From: an uncultured delta proteobacterium
Lineage (GTDB): Bacteria; Myxococcota_A; Polyangia; Polyangiales; Polyangiaceae
Length of the DNA: 64,000 nt
Assembly: GCA_963782055.1 (NCBI GenBank)
Contig: CAWAIF010000003.1
Location: 6,016,001 to 6,080,000, forward strand
Reading direction: 5' to 3'
Position 1 is the first letter of the stretch. Each line of letters opens with the position of its first letter. The position numbers and the translations under genes are program-made. The notes under the pieces are model-generated. The model was given only the letters and a program-made list of their open reading frames with translations, had not been told where the DNA came from and did no database searches. This document shows positions 49,614 through 59,455 of this stretch, in pieces.

Positions 49614-50867
49614 ATGCCCGAACTTACGCGTGAGCAGCTCGAGACCAAGGCGGCGGCAGGCGAGAAGCTGGACCGCTCCGACCAGCGCGGTGCGCAGCTC
49701 CAGGGCGTCAAGCTCGCCGGCGCGAGCATGCGCCGGTCGGACTTCGAGGGCGCCAACCTGGAGGGCGCCAACCTCTCCAAGGTGAACCTGAAGAACGCCA
49801 GCCTGCGCGAGGCGTACCTCGCCGGCGCGGACCTGCGGGAGGCCAACCTGGAGAGCGCCGACTTCGAGGGCGCCAACCTGCAGAAGGCGAACCTCTCCGG
49901 GTGCAACCTGGGTCGCGCCAACCTGGAGGGCGCCGACCTCACCGGCGCCAACCTGCGCGGGGCGAAGCTCGCCCACGCCCAGCTCGACTCCGCCAACCTG
50001 GGCGGGGCCGACATCTCCGGCGCCGACCTCTCCCGCTGCGACCTGGTCGAGTGCTACCTGGGCGGCGTCAAGGCGCTCAAGGCGGACCTCTCCGGCGCCA
50101 ACCTGGAGGAGGCCAACCTGGAGGAGGGCGACTTCGCCGAGGCGAACTTCGACGACGCGCAGCTCCCCGGCGTGGGCGCCACCGCGACGAAGTTCGGCCG
50201 GGCGAGCTTCGTCAAGGCGGACTTCACCGGCGCCAACCTGGTGCGCGCCGACTTCTCCGGCGCCGACCTGCGCAAGGCGAACCTGGAGAAGGCCAGGCTG
50301 GAGGACACCATCCTCAGCGGCGCGCGCATCGCCGGCCTGGTCACGAAGGGCGCCACCATCGGCAAGGTGACGATCGACTGGGCGAACATCAGCCCGGAGG
50401 ACACCGGCAGCAAGCGCGCCCAGGGTGACGCCGCGCTCGCCGCGCTCACCGGCAAGGAGCCGGAAGGCGGGGTTCGCTCCAAGCACGTACGCTACTTCGG
50501 CGCGGGCGACGTGCTGCGCTTCGCCGCGCTGGAGTTCGACGCGGGTGCCAGCGTGGAGATCGAGAGCCGCTTCGAGCAGTGCTCCATCGCCCTGGGCGAC
50601 GGCACCGAGCTCGTCGTCGGGAGCGAGGGCGTGCTCGCGGGGTGCAACATCAAGGGGGCGGGCAACATCACCATCCACGGCCAGTTCTTCGAGGGCGGCG
50701 ACGCCCCCGGCATCGTCGGCCCCAGGCGCCTCATCGTGACCACCGGAGGCGTGATGGTGGGCTCGGTCGTGCAGCAAGGGGAGCAAGGCACCGAGTTCGG
50801 TTTCGAGCCGGGCAGCAGGCTCCGCATGAAGATCACACGTAACGCCGGTAAGAATGGGAGGCCGTAA
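49614..50867 (+). CDS. Pentapeptide-repeat protein with C-terminal bactofilin-like domain
   Basis: Long A(N/D)Lxx array, then LVVGSEGVLAGCNIKGAGNITIHG..LIVTTGGVMVGSV..FGFEPGS. Confidence 0.85.
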   Translation: MPELTREQLETKAAAGEKLDRSDQRGAQLQGVKLAGASMRRSDFEGANLEGANLSKVNLKNASLREAYLAGADLREANLESADFEGANLQKANLSGCNLGRANLEGADLTGANLRGAKLAHAQLDSANLGGADISGADLSRCDLVECYLGGVKALKADLSGANLEEANLEEGDFAEANFDDAQLPGVGATATKFGRASFVKADFTGANLVRADFSGADLRKANLEKARLEDTILSGARIAGLVTKGATIGKVTIDWANISPEDTGSKRAQGDAALAALTGKEPEGGVRSKHVRYFGAGDVLRFAALEFDAGASVEIESRFEQCSIALGDGTELVVGSEGVLAGCNIKGAGNITIHGQFFEGGDAPGIVGPRRLIVTTGGVMVGSVVQQGEQGTEFGFEPGSRLRMKITRNAGKNGRP

Positions 50868-51299
50868 ATGAGCGACGCGTCGGAGAAGAAGACTCTGGTG
50901 GAAGAAGGCACCGAGTTCAAAGGCTCGCTGACCTCGAAGTGCCCCGTCGAAGTGCGCGGCAAGGTCGAGGGCGACCTCGCGGCGCCTTCGCTCCACGTCA
51001 GCGACTCGGGCGCCGTGCACGGCAAGGTCCGCGTCGAGCGGCTCGAATCGAGCGGCGAGATCTCTGGTGAGTTCGACGCCGACGCCATCCACCTCTCGGG
51101 CGTGGTGAAGGACAACACCGTGATCCGCGCCAAGACGCTGGAGGTCCGCCTCGCCCCGCCGAGCGGCAACAAGATGCAGGTCATCTTCGGAGAGGTCGCG
51201 ATCGACGTGGGCGACGCCCCCGCGAAGGAGGCCTCCTCCGGCAAGAAGAAGGGACGCGAGAAGGAAGAGGACAACAAGAGCGTTCCGCCTCCCGGCTGA
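50868..51299 (+). CDS. Bactofilin (polymer-forming cytoskeletal protein)
   Basis: TLVEEGTEFKGSL..VRGKVEGDL..LHVSDSGAVHGKV. Confidence 0.88.
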   Translation: MSDASEKKTLVEEGTEFKGSLTSKCPVEVRGKVEGDLAAPSLHVSDSGAVHGKVRVERLESSGEISGEFDADAIHLSGVVKDNTVIRAKTLEVRLAPPSGNKMQVIFGEVAIDVGDAPAKEASSGKKKGREKEEDNKSVPPPG

Positions 51300-51469
51300 G
51301 CCTCCCCCAGGCTACGGGCCCGCGGGCTCCAGGCTCCGGCCCTGCGCGAGCTCGGAGCCCGGCGCTGGATCGCGGCCTGTCCATCCCCGCTGCCCACCTT
51401 CCCCTTCGCGCCACCCTGCCGCTCTCACCAACCCGCAGGAATTCGGCATGTACATTGTAACGCCTTGAC

Positions 51470-51485
51470 TGGCGCCCCATTTGCA
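51470..51485 (+). promoter_or_regulatory. Putative sigma-54 promoter
   Basis: TGGCGCCCCATTTGCA, close to the TGGCAC-N5-TTGCA consensus. Confidence 0.65.
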
Positions 51486-51530
51486 GCGAGGACCCTCGCT
51501 CCAGGGTTCGCTGCCAGCGGGACGAGGGTC

Positions 51531-52298
51531 ATGACGCATCACTTTGCTCGGTTTGCTTTCTTTGCGTCCTTCGCGGCCATCGGCGGCTGCGCCACCGGCA
51601 TCCTGCCCATCGGCGACGGAGACGGCGGGGTGGTGGTGCGCGACGGCGGCTCGCACGGCGGCGACGGGGGCACCAACGGCACCGACGGCGGGAGCAACGG
51701 CTGCGGCAGCTGCCCCGCCGGGGCCACCTGCGTGAACGGCGCCTGCGAGTGTCAGGGCGGCAAGATGATGTGCGGCAACACCTGCGTCGACACGCAGAGC
51801 GACGCCAACAACTGCGGCCAGTGCGACAACGTCTGCGGTGCAGACGCCGGGGGGGGCGGCGGCACCTGGGGCTGCAACGCGGGGCAGTGCCAGCTCGGGT
51901 GCACGGGCAACGAGACCGCCTGCAACGGGACCTGCGTCGACACCTCCACCGACACGAACAACTGCGGCACCTGCGGCAACTCGTGCGGGTCGGGGGAGTG
52001 CTGCAACGGGACGTGCGCCGACACGACGAGCGACCAGAACAACTGCGGCACCTGCGGCAACTCGTGCAACGGGCAGAGCTGCGTGAACAGCCAGTGCTGC
52101 GCCAGCCCGCCGACGGGCAACTGCTCGCACGCGCTCTGCACGCAGGGCAGCTACCTCAACGACCTGTGCGACCCCGCCGGCTGCGTCGACACCGTCTGCT
52201 TCTACGACGACTACTGCTGCTACTACGGCTGGGACAGCGCCTGCGTGGACGAGGTCACGCAGTACTGCCAACCGTACAGCTGCAACGGCGGCTGCTGA
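51531..52298 (+). CDS. Cys-rich repeat lipoprotein
   Basis: IGGC lipobox; repeats CxDxxxDxNNCGxCxNxC. Confidence 0.85.
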   Translation: MTHHFARFAFFASFAAIGGCATGILPIGDGDGGVVVRDGGSHGGDGGTNGTDGGSNGCGSCPAGATCVNGACECQGGKMMCGNTCVDTQSDANNCGQCDNVCGADAGGGGGTWGCNAGQCQLGCTGNETACNGTCVDTSTDTNNCGTCGNSCGSGECCNGTCADTTSDQNNCGTCGNSCNGQSCVNSQCCASPPTGNCSHALCTQGSYLNDLCDPAGCVDTVCFYDDYCCYYGWDSACVDEVTQYCQPYSCNGGC

Positions 52299-52317
52299 GG
52301 CGGCCGGCGGCGGCTCC

Positions 52318-53691
52318 TCACCCGCCGCAGGTGCTGGCGCACTCCGACGTGCACGCGACCTGGCAGAAGCAGCTCGCTCGCGCGTTGTAGTCGCTGATGC
52401 CGTTCGCGTAGCTGTTCGCGCAGTTCTGGCTGCAGGTGCTGTCGCCGTTGCACCCACCGAGACAGCTCGTGAGGTCGGCGCAGTCGGGGTTGTTGTCGCA
52501 GGTCTGCGCCTCCGACGCGCACGCGCCGCTCACCGCGTCGGTGATGCACTGGTCGCAGGTCTGCGTGGTGCCCGACTGGCAGCTCCCGGCCACGCACGAC
52601 TCGCCCCCGCCGCAGGCGTTGCCGCACTTGCCGCAGTTGTTCTGGTCGCTCGAGGTGTCGACGCACGCGCCACCACACATGGCGCCGCCGGTGGTGCACC
52701 CCTGGAAGGAGGTGGACTCGGTGGAGAAGGTGGTGACCTGGACCCAGCCCTCCTTCTGCTCGTGCGCCGTGCTCATCGAACCCTTGGTGGCGATGCCCTT
52801 CTTGGTGTCGACGCGCTGGCGTGAGACCGACACGCCGAGCGTGGAGGACGGGCCGAGCACCTCGTTCACCAGGTCGCGCGCGACGTCGTACTCGCCGGCG
52901 GAGTCCTTCGCCTTGCATGTGGCGGTGCCGCCCGCGCCGGAGAGGGTGATGACGATGGAGTCGTCCCCCGCGGTCCACTGCACCGGCAGCGCGTCGCTGC
53001 CGAAGACCTTCGCCTTGGTGAGCTGACCGAGCTGGGTCTGCAGGAGCGTCGTCGCCGTCACGCTCTGCGACCACGCGGAGAAGCCGGTGGCTGCGGCCCC
53101 GGACGCCTGGACGGTGATGGACGCGCCGGGCACGAAGGGGGCGCCCGTCGTCGGGCCGGAGTACTTGTACGGCGGGTAGAGCGTGATGGGGACCGACGTG
53201 CCGGCGAAGGCCACCGGCCCGGAGTCGAAGGTCTCGACCGCCCGGCACTCCGGGTCCGCGCCCGGGCTCGGGAAGTAGCACTCCTCGCCGTCGCCGCAGG
53301 ACTTGCTGCACGTCTTGGTGCACGTGGGCTGGCAGGAGTCGTTGTACGAGCACACCTCGCCCACGCCGCAGGCCGTGGCGCACTTGGGGGCGGTGACGAT
53401 CTCGCAGCCGTCCATCGCGGTGGAGCACTTCTTCGCGGCGGTGGAGTCCGGGATGAAGCCGACCGAGACGACGGGGGCGACCGTGCCGGTGGTGCTGGTG
53501 CTGTGCGCCTCGCCGAGCAGGACCGTTCCCAGGGCGTGCGGGGGACCCGCCGTCGGGTCGTCGCTGGAGCCGAAGTTGTTGGCCGTGGCGCACGCGACGA
53601 GGGCGATGGCGCCGAAGAGGGACAGGCCGAGGTTCCGCGCGTAGCGCGGGCCGGCCCCAAGGACGCGGGGAGTGGTCAGTGAGGGGCGCAT
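52318..53691 (-). CDS. Cys-rich lipoprotein
   Basis: LVAC lipobox; CVDTSSDQNNCGKCGNAC; Cys-rich helical tail. Confidence 0.8.
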   Translation of the reverse strand: MRPSLTTPRVLGAGPRYARNLGLSLFGAIALVACATANNFGSSDDPTAGPPHALGTVLLGEAHSTSTTGTVAPVVSVGFIPDSTAAKKCSTAMDGCEIVTAPKCATACGVGEVCSYNDSCQPTCTKTCSKSCGDGEECYFPSPGADPECRAVETFDSGPVAFAGTSVPITLYPPYKYSGPTTGAPFVPGASITVQASGAAATGFSAWSQSVTATTLLQTQLGQLTKAKVFGSDALPVQWTAGDDSIVITLSGAGGTATCKAKDSAGEYDVARDLVNEVLGPSSTLGVSVSRQRVDTKKGIATKGSMSTAHEQKEGWVQVTTFSTESTSFQGCTTGGAMCGGACVDTSSDQNNCGKCGNACGGGESCVAGSCQSGTTQTCDQCITDAVSGACASEAQTCDNNPDCADLTSCLGGCNGDSTCSQNCANSYANGISDYNARASCFCQVACTSECASTCGG

Positions 53692-53840
53692 GAGTTCGAA
53701 TCCTCCGGGTCCCAGGTACGTGCAGGTGGGTGGATTCTTCCCTCGGCATTGCACTTTTCCCGGCCCCCTTGGCTTGCCCCGCAAATCGGCTAGGGTTGCG
53801 GCGCTTGGCGGGGACCCCGGCCCCGCCCCCGGAGGCTTTC

Positions 53841-55859
53841 ATGCGCTCGACCTCGAACAGGCTGCTCGCCCTCGGCGCGGCGCTCGCCCTCGTGTCCATC
53901 TTCTTCGCCATGTCGGGCTGCGGGGTGCGTTCGCCCCTGGACGACGGCATCCTCTCCGGGGACGGCGGCGTGAACGGCGACGGCGGCCCGTGCGGCCCAG
54001 GCACGCAGGTCTGCAACGGCACCTGCACCGTCACCGACTTCGACCCGAACAACTGCGGCGGCTGCGGGACGGCCTGCGCCCAGGGGCAGTCGTGCGTGGG
54101 GGGCACGTGCACCACCAGCGAGTGCAACGGTGGCTCGACCAAGTGCGGCGACCTCTGCGTGGACACGCAGAACGATCCGGCCAACTGCGGCGGCTGCGCC
54201 CAGAGCTGCCCCGTCGGGCAGGTGTGCTCCGCCGGCAAGTGCGACCTCGCCTGCAACGGCGGCACGACCAAGTGCGGGAACCTGTGCGTCGACGTGCAGA
54301 GCGATCCGAAGAACTGCGGCTTCTGCGGCAACACCTGCCCGGACAACCTGGTGTGCACGCAGGGCGGCTGCAACACGACCTGCCTGGGCGGCACCACGCA
54401 GTGCGGCCAGGCGTGCGTGGACCTGAAGGTGGATCCCTCCAACTGCGGCAAGTGCGGCAACGCGTGCCCCGGCGGGCAGGTATGCTCGGCGGGGCAGTGC
54501 GCGGTCACGTGCGCGCAGGGCCTGACCAAGTGCGGGAACTTCTGCGTCGACACGCAGAACGACCAGAAGAACTGCGGGCAGTGCGGCTTCGTCTGCTCGG
54601 GGACGGACAAGTGCATCACCGGCAAGTGCACCAAGTGCGACAGCGCCACGACCGACTGCGACGGCGACGGGTGGACCGTGGCGGAGGGTGACTGCTGCGA
54701 TCAGCCGGGGCCGTGCGGGTCGGAGCCGGAGCTGGTGAACCCCGGCGCGGTGGAGGTCGTGGGCAACGGCATCGACGACAACTGCAACGGCCTCGTCGAC
54801 CTCTTCGACGACACCGACACGCAGCCGTGCGACAAGGGGCTGGCGGCCAACACCACCAACGCGGTCGACTTCGCCAAGGCGATCGGCATCTGCCGGCAGA
54901 CCACGGCGAACCCGCCGCAGAAGAAGGACAAGACCTGGGGCCTGCTCTCCGCCAAGCTCGTGCGGGCGGACGGCACCGCGCTCACCGACCAGAGCGGCCA
55001 CTCCATCCGCACCAAGTTCGGGCAGAACATCCTGCCGCTGAACGGACAGTCGCTCGCCGTGCTCTCCAGCGGGCTCGCCTCCGACGCGACGCAGACGACG
55101 CCCGGGCCCAACGGGGGGGCGCCGGGCGGCAACAACGTCAGCTACGCCTTCAACCCGAACAGCAACGTCAACATCTCGACCTGCAACGACTCGCTGTGCA
55201 TCAAGGACTGGCTGAAGACGGCGAACCCGCCGCTGAAGGCGGCCAACCAGCTGCCGCAGGCGCCCAACTGCGGCAACATCACGCAGCCGTCCAATGCCCA
55301 CGACTCGGTCATGCTGGTGCTCACCCTGCGCGCCCCCACCAACGCGCGCGCCTTCTCCTTCAACTCCTACTTCTTCTCGGCGGAGTTCCCGGAGTACGTG
55401 TGCACCGCCTACAACGACCAGTTCATCGCGCTGGTGGACACGCCGAACGGCACGCCCTCGCCCATCGCCAACCCGGTGGACAAGAACCTGATGACCTTCA
55501 CCCAGAACAACAAGAAGTGGCCGGTGGCGATCAACATCGCGAGCGGCACCAGCGTGTTCTCGGTGTGCGACGCCGCGTCGAAGAGCCAGCAGTGCCAGGG
55601 CACGCAGGTGAGCAACATCTCCTGCGGGCTGGGGGCGACGCAGCTCGACGGCACCGGCTTCGAGAAGCCGAACGCAGGCAACTGCCTGGTCGGCGGCGGC
55701 ACCTACTGGCTGACCACCGCGGGCAACGTCATTCCGGGGGACACGGTCCAGCTCCGCATCGCGATCTGGGACGTGAGCGACAACATCTACGACTCGCTCG
55801 CCCTCATCGACGGCTTCCAGTGGCTCGCCAACGCGACGCTGCCGGGCACGTCGAACTAG
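53841..55859 (+). CDS. Cys-rich repeat lipoprotein with MopE-like metal-binding repeat and choice-of-anchor L-like domain
   Basis: Five DxxNCGxC repeats; DCDGDG..GDCCD..NPGAVE..NGIDDNCNGLVD; FSAEFPEYVC..YNDQF; DSLALIDGF. Confidence 0.85.
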   Translation: MRSTSNRLLALGAALALVSIFFAMSGCGVRSPLDDGILSGDGGVNGDGGPCGPGTQVCNGTCTVTDFDPNNCGGCGTACAQGQSCVGGTCTTSECNGGSTKCGDLCVDTQNDPANCGGCAQSCPVGQVCSAGKCDLACNGGTTKCGNLCVDVQSDPKNCGFCGNTCPDNLVCTQGGCNTTCLGGTTQCGQACVDLKVDPSNCGKCGNACPGGQVCSAGQCAVTCAQGLTKCGNFCVDTQNDQKNCGQCGFVCSGTDKCITGKCTKCDSATTDCDGDGWTVAEGDCCDQPGPCGSEPELVNPGAVEVVGNGIDDNCNGLVDLFDDTDTQPCDKGLAANTTNAVDFAKAIGICRQTTANPPQKKDKTWGLLSAKLVRADGTALTDQSGHSIRTKFGQNILPLNGQSLAVLSSGLASDATQTTPGPNGGAPGGNNVSYAFNPNSNVNISTCNDSLCIKDWLKTANPPLKAANQLPQAPNCGNITQPSNAHDSVMLVLTLRAPTNARAFSFNSYFFSAEFPEYVCTAYNDQFIALVDTPNGTPSPIANPVDKNLMTFTQNNKKWPVAINIASGTSVFSVCDAASKSQQCQGTQVSNISCGLGATQLDGTGFEKPNAGNCLVGGGTYWLTTAGNVIPGDTVQLRIAIWDVSDNIYDSLALIDGFQWLANATLPGTSN

Positions 55860-55860
55860 G

Positions 55861-55929
55861 CCTCACCCCCCCGGCCCCCCTCTCCGCCTCACCCCCCCGG
55901 CCCCCCTCTCCCTACGAGGGAGAGGGGGG
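55861..55929. repeat. REP-like palindrome with tandem 26-nt duplication of its left arm
   Basis: CCTCACCCCCCCGGCCCCCCTCTCC twice (55861, 55887); stem CCCCCCTCTCCCT-ACG-AGGGAGAGGGGGG. Confidence 0.7.
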
Positions 55930-55948
55930 AGAAGAAGAAGTTGCTGAA

Positions 55949-56524
55949 GTGGATCGCAGGACGTTCCTGAAGCGCGGGGTGGTCGGGGGGGTGCTCCTGA
56001 TGCTCGGGGGCGGGGTGGGGCTGTACGCGGTGCCCACCAAGCACCTCGCCGCGCTGCCGAAGACGCCGCTCGCGGTGCTCGAGCCACGGAGCTTCCAGGT
56101 GCTGGTGGCGGTGGCGGGGCGGGTGGTGACCGCGCAGGGCGCCGACGCCGCGGACATCGCGGCCCGTGCCGACGCCCTCCTGGCGAACGCGCCGGAGGAG
56201 GTGCGCCACGACATCAACCGCCTGCTCATGCTCTTCGAGAACGCGCTCCCCGGCCTCCTGCTCGACGGGCGCCTGCTGCCCTTCACGCGACTCTCCCCGG
56301 AGGCGCAGGACGCCGCGTTGCTCCGCTGGCGCGACAGCTCCTTCGCGCTGCGCCGCAGCGGGTACCACGCGCTGCGCAAGGTCTGCCTCGCGGCGTACTA
56401 CGCCAAGGAGTCGAGCTGGCCGGCGCTCGGCTACGCGCCGCCGACTGGCCTCAACGCGATGGCCTACGACGACTCCAAGGTGGGCACCCCGGAGTGGCTC
56501 GCCAGCCAGGGCAAGGGCGGATGA
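55949..56524 (+). CDS. Tat-signal partner subunit of the GMC oxidoreductase (LaoB-like)
   Basis: DRRTFLK twin-arginine signal; W..S...RRSGY.ALRK....YY..SW..LGY. Confidence 0.8.
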   Translation: MDRRTFLKRGVVGGVLLMLGGGVGLYAVPTKHLAALPKTPLAVLEPRSFQVLVAVAGRVVTAQGADAADIAARADALLANAPEEVRHDINRLLMLFENALPGLLLDGRLLPFTRLSPEAQDAALLRWRDSSFALRRSGYHALRKVCLAAYYAKESSWPALGYAPPTGLNAMAYDDSKVGTPEWLASQGKGG

Positions 56525-58080
56525 CCAAGCTCGCGCTCATCCGCTCCAGCCCCAACGTCGTCGACGGCTCGGCGCAGAAGGCCGACCTCGCCCTCGACGC
56601 CGACGTGTGCGTCATCGGCACCGGCGCGGGGGGCGCGGTGACCGCCTCGGTGCTCGCCGCAGCCGGCCACGCCGTGCTGATGATCGAGGAGGGCGGCTAC
56701 TACACCCAGGACGACTTCACGATGCGCGAGCGCGACGTCGTCCCGAAGCTCTACCAGGAGGCGATGACCCGCACGACGGCCGACCAGGGCATCGCGGTCA
56801 TCCAGGGCCGCACGGTCGGCGGGGGCACCGTCGTCAACTGGACGACCAGCTTCCGCACCCCCGAGGACGTCGTCGCCCACTGGAAGGATCACCACCACGT
56901 CGGGGGCTTCGCCTACGCCGATCTCGTCCCGCACTACGAGGCGATCGAGGCGCGCCTGGCGGTCGCCAAGGTGCCGGTGGACGCCCTCAACGGCACCAAC
57001 CGCAAGCTCTACGAGGGCTGCAAGGCGCTCGGCTGGGACGTCGACACCCTGCGCCGCAACGTCTACGCCTGCATGCAGACGGGCTTCTGTGGCCTCGGCT
57101 GCCCGGTGAACGCCAAGCAATCGATGCTCGTCACCACCATCCCCGACGCCATCGACGCGGGCGCGCGGCTGGTGTTCCGCGCGCGGGCGGACAAGCTGGA
57201 GGCCGCCGGCGGCCAGGTGACGATGCTCCGCGGGACCCTGCTCGACGCCGACGGCAAGAAGCCCACGGGCCGGTCGTTCACCGTGAAGGCGAAGCGCTTC
57301 GTCCTCTCCGGCGGCGCCATCAACAGCCCGGCGGTGCTCCTGCGCTCCGGCCTGAACGCGGGCGGACTGGTCGGCCTGCGCACCTTCCTGCACCCGGTCA
57401 TCGGCAGCGGCGCGCTCTACGACGAGCTCATCATGCCGCAGCAGGGCGCCCCGCAGAGCGCGGCGAGCCACCACTTCGCGCGGCGCAAGGAGGAGGTCGG
57501 CTTCTTCCTGGAGTCGACGCCCTGGTACCCCTCGCTGGCGGCGGGCGCGGCGCCGGGCTTCGGGCCGAAGCACGAGGCCTTCATGAAGCAGTTCGCCCAC
57601 ACGGTGACGCACATCGCGATCGCCATCGACGGCTTCCACGACGACGTGCCCGGCGGCAAGGTCACGCTGCGCCCCTCCGGCGCGCCCCTGCTCGACTACC
57701 CCATCCCCCAGCGCGTCTGGCGCGCCTTCCGCTTCGCGCAGAAGCGCATGGCGGAGCTGCAGCTCGCGAGCGGCGCGAAGACGGTGATGACGCTCCACGA
57801 CCCGCCGCTGGAGATCAAGAACAAGGCGGACATCGACAGGGTCGTCGACGCCGGCCTCTTCGACGTGGGGCGCCTGCCGGTCTTCACCGCCCACCAGATG
57901 GGCGGCTGCCCCATGGGCGACGACCCGAAGACGAGCGTGGTGCGCAGCGAGGACCTGCAGCACCACACGCTGAAGAACCTGCACGTGATCGACGGCTCGG
58001 TGTTCCCGACGAGCCTCGGGGTGAACCCGCAGGAGTCGATCTACGGTCTGGCGCGGCTCATGGCGACCCGAATGAAGTAG
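56521..58080 (+). CDS. GMC-family oxidoreductase (long-chain alcohol oxidase LaoA-like)
   Basis: IGTGAGG, GRTVGGGTVVN, C...G.CGLGCP, AHQMGGC, DGSVFPTSLGVNPQ. Confidence 0.92.
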   Translation: MTKLALIRSSPNVVDGSAQKADLALDADVCVIGTGAGGAVTASVLAAAGHAVLMIEEGGYYTQDDFTMRERDVVPKLYQEAMTRTTADQGIAVIQGRTVGGGTVVNWTTSFRTPEDVVAHWKDHHHVGGFAYADLVPHYEAIEARLAVAKVPVDALNGTNRKLYEGCKALGWDVDTLRRNVYACMQTGFCGLGCPVNAKQSMLVTTIPDAIDAGARLVFRARADKLEAAGGQVTMLRGTLLDADGKKPTGRSFTVKAKRFVLSGGAINSPAVLLRSGLNAGGLVGLRTFLHPVIGSGALYDELIMPQQGAPQSAASHHFARRKEEVGFFLESTPWYPSLAAGAAPGFGPKHEAFMKQFAHTVTHIAIAIDGFHDDVPGGKVTLRPSGAPLLDYPIPQRVWRAFRFAQKRMAELQLASGAKTVMTLHDPPLEIKNKADIDRVVDAGLFDVGRLPVFTAHQMGGCPMGDDPKTSVVRSEDLQHHTLKNLHVIDGSVFPTSLGVNPQESIYGLARLMATRMK

Positions 58081-58156
58081 GGCTGCCCCTCCTCGCGGCG
58101 GTGGTGGGCTGGTGATGCCGTGGGGGCGGGCCCGAGCGTCCGTGGTACGCTGAACC

Positions 58157-59455
58157 ATGCTCGCGTCGTTCTCCGTCGCGAATTTCAAGAGTTACAAGCT
58201 CGCCAAGCTGCCGCTGGCGCCGCTCACGGTGCTCGTCGGCGCGAACGCATCGGGGAAGAGCAACCTGATCGAGGCGATGCAGCTCCTTTCGTGGCTCGCG
58301 CATGGTCGGCGCTTGCCCGACCTCTCGGCGGCGATGAAGGCGGGTGAGGTCGCGATCCGCGGGCTACTACCCGACCTCCCCCTCGATCCCTCTCTTCCCA
58401 TCTGCCTTGGCTGCGAGCTCGACGAGCCCGGAGGGCCTCGCCTCGAGCTGGAACTCCGCACCGATAACGGCGGCCCGCGCATCGTGGGCGAAGAGCTGCT
58501 AGTGGACGACGAAGCGTCGAGTGTCCCCTACTACTACCGCATCGATGCGCCTGCTCCGGAGCATGGCAGCGAAGTCCAGGTCGCCTACAACAACTTCTCC
58601 CGCGGCAAGAACAAGCCTCACATTGCGTGCGTCGATCAGCAGGCGATCTTCACCCAGCTCCTGACGCCGGCCAGGTTCGCGAACGAGACGTCGCAGCAGA
58701 AGATCCCGACCGCGGCCACAACCGTCGCGAGCGCGCTCGCCTCGACGCTCTTCCTCGACCCGAACCCGAAGGAGATGCGAGGGTGGGCCTATGCCGACGA
58801 GCAAGAGCTGCGCGGTAGCGGCGCCAACGTCTCCTCGACGTTGAATCGCCTCTGCAACCAGGGCCAGAAGGAAGCGATCCTCTCCTTCGTGCGGGCGCTG
58901 CCCGAGCAAGACATCACTGACATCGGGTTCCTCACGACGGCACGGAACGAGGTGATGGTTCAGCTCACCGAAACCTTCGGTGGGCGCCTGGGGAGCTCGG
59001 ATGCGGCCGTGCTCTCCGACGGAACCCTCCGCGTCCTCGCGGTTGCGGCCGCAGTTCTCTCGGTGGACGAAGGGTCGCTCGTGGTCATCGAGGAGATCGA
59101 CAATGGGGTACACCCGAACCGGGCGCAGATGCTCCTCGAGGCGCTCCATACCACCGCGCGCAAGCGGAACCTTCGGGTCCTACTCACCACGCACAACCCC
59201 GCCCTCGCCGACGCCACGCCAAAGCGGGCGATCCCCGACGTGGTCGCCTGCTATCGCGATCCGGAGTCAGGGCTGAGCTGCTTGCAGCGCCTGTCCGACC
59301 TCGAGGACTACGCGGCCCTCGTGGCGCAGGGACCGCTCGGGTTCCTCCTGCAGAGCGGGACGCTGGACCGGTATCTCAAGCGACAACGAGACGGAACAGC
59401 GCGCGAGCGCGAGAGCCAGGAGGTGTTGCAGCTCTTCCGCAGGATGGGGCAGTGA
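58157..59455 (+). CDS. ABC/AAA_21-type ATPase
   Basis: Walker A GANASGKS, signature LSDGT, Walker B VIEEIDNGVHP, H-loop TTHNP. Confidence 0.92.
   Translation: MLASFSVANFKSYKLAKLPLAPLTVLVGANASGKSNLIEAMQLLSWLAHGRRLPDLSAAMKAGEVAIRGLLPDLPLDPSLPICLGCELDEPGGPRLELELRTDNGGPRIVGEELLVDDEASSVPYYYRIDAPAPEHGSEVQVAYNNFSRGKNKPHIACVDQQAIFTQLLTPARFANETSQQKIPTAATTVASALASTLFLDPNPKEMRGWAYADEQELRGSGANVSSTLNRLCNQGQKEAILSFVRALPEQDITDIGFLTTARNEVMVQLTETFGGRLGSSDAAVLSDGTLRVLAVAAAVLSVDEGSLVVIEEIDNGVHPNRAQMLLEALHTTARKRNLRVLLTTHNPALADATPKRAIPDVVACYRDPESGLSCLQRLSDLEDYAALVAQGPLGFLLQSGTLDRYLKRQRDGTARERESQEVLQLFRRMGQ

Noticed and set aside
49700..50330. 15-nt periodic DNA repeats (GCCAACCTG...)
   Set aside because: Explained by pentapeptide-repeat coding.
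44777..51092. 1394-aa and 1031-aa minus-strand ORFs
   Set aside because: Only 44777-46465 (M14 peptidase) is supported; the rest overlaps better-supported genes.
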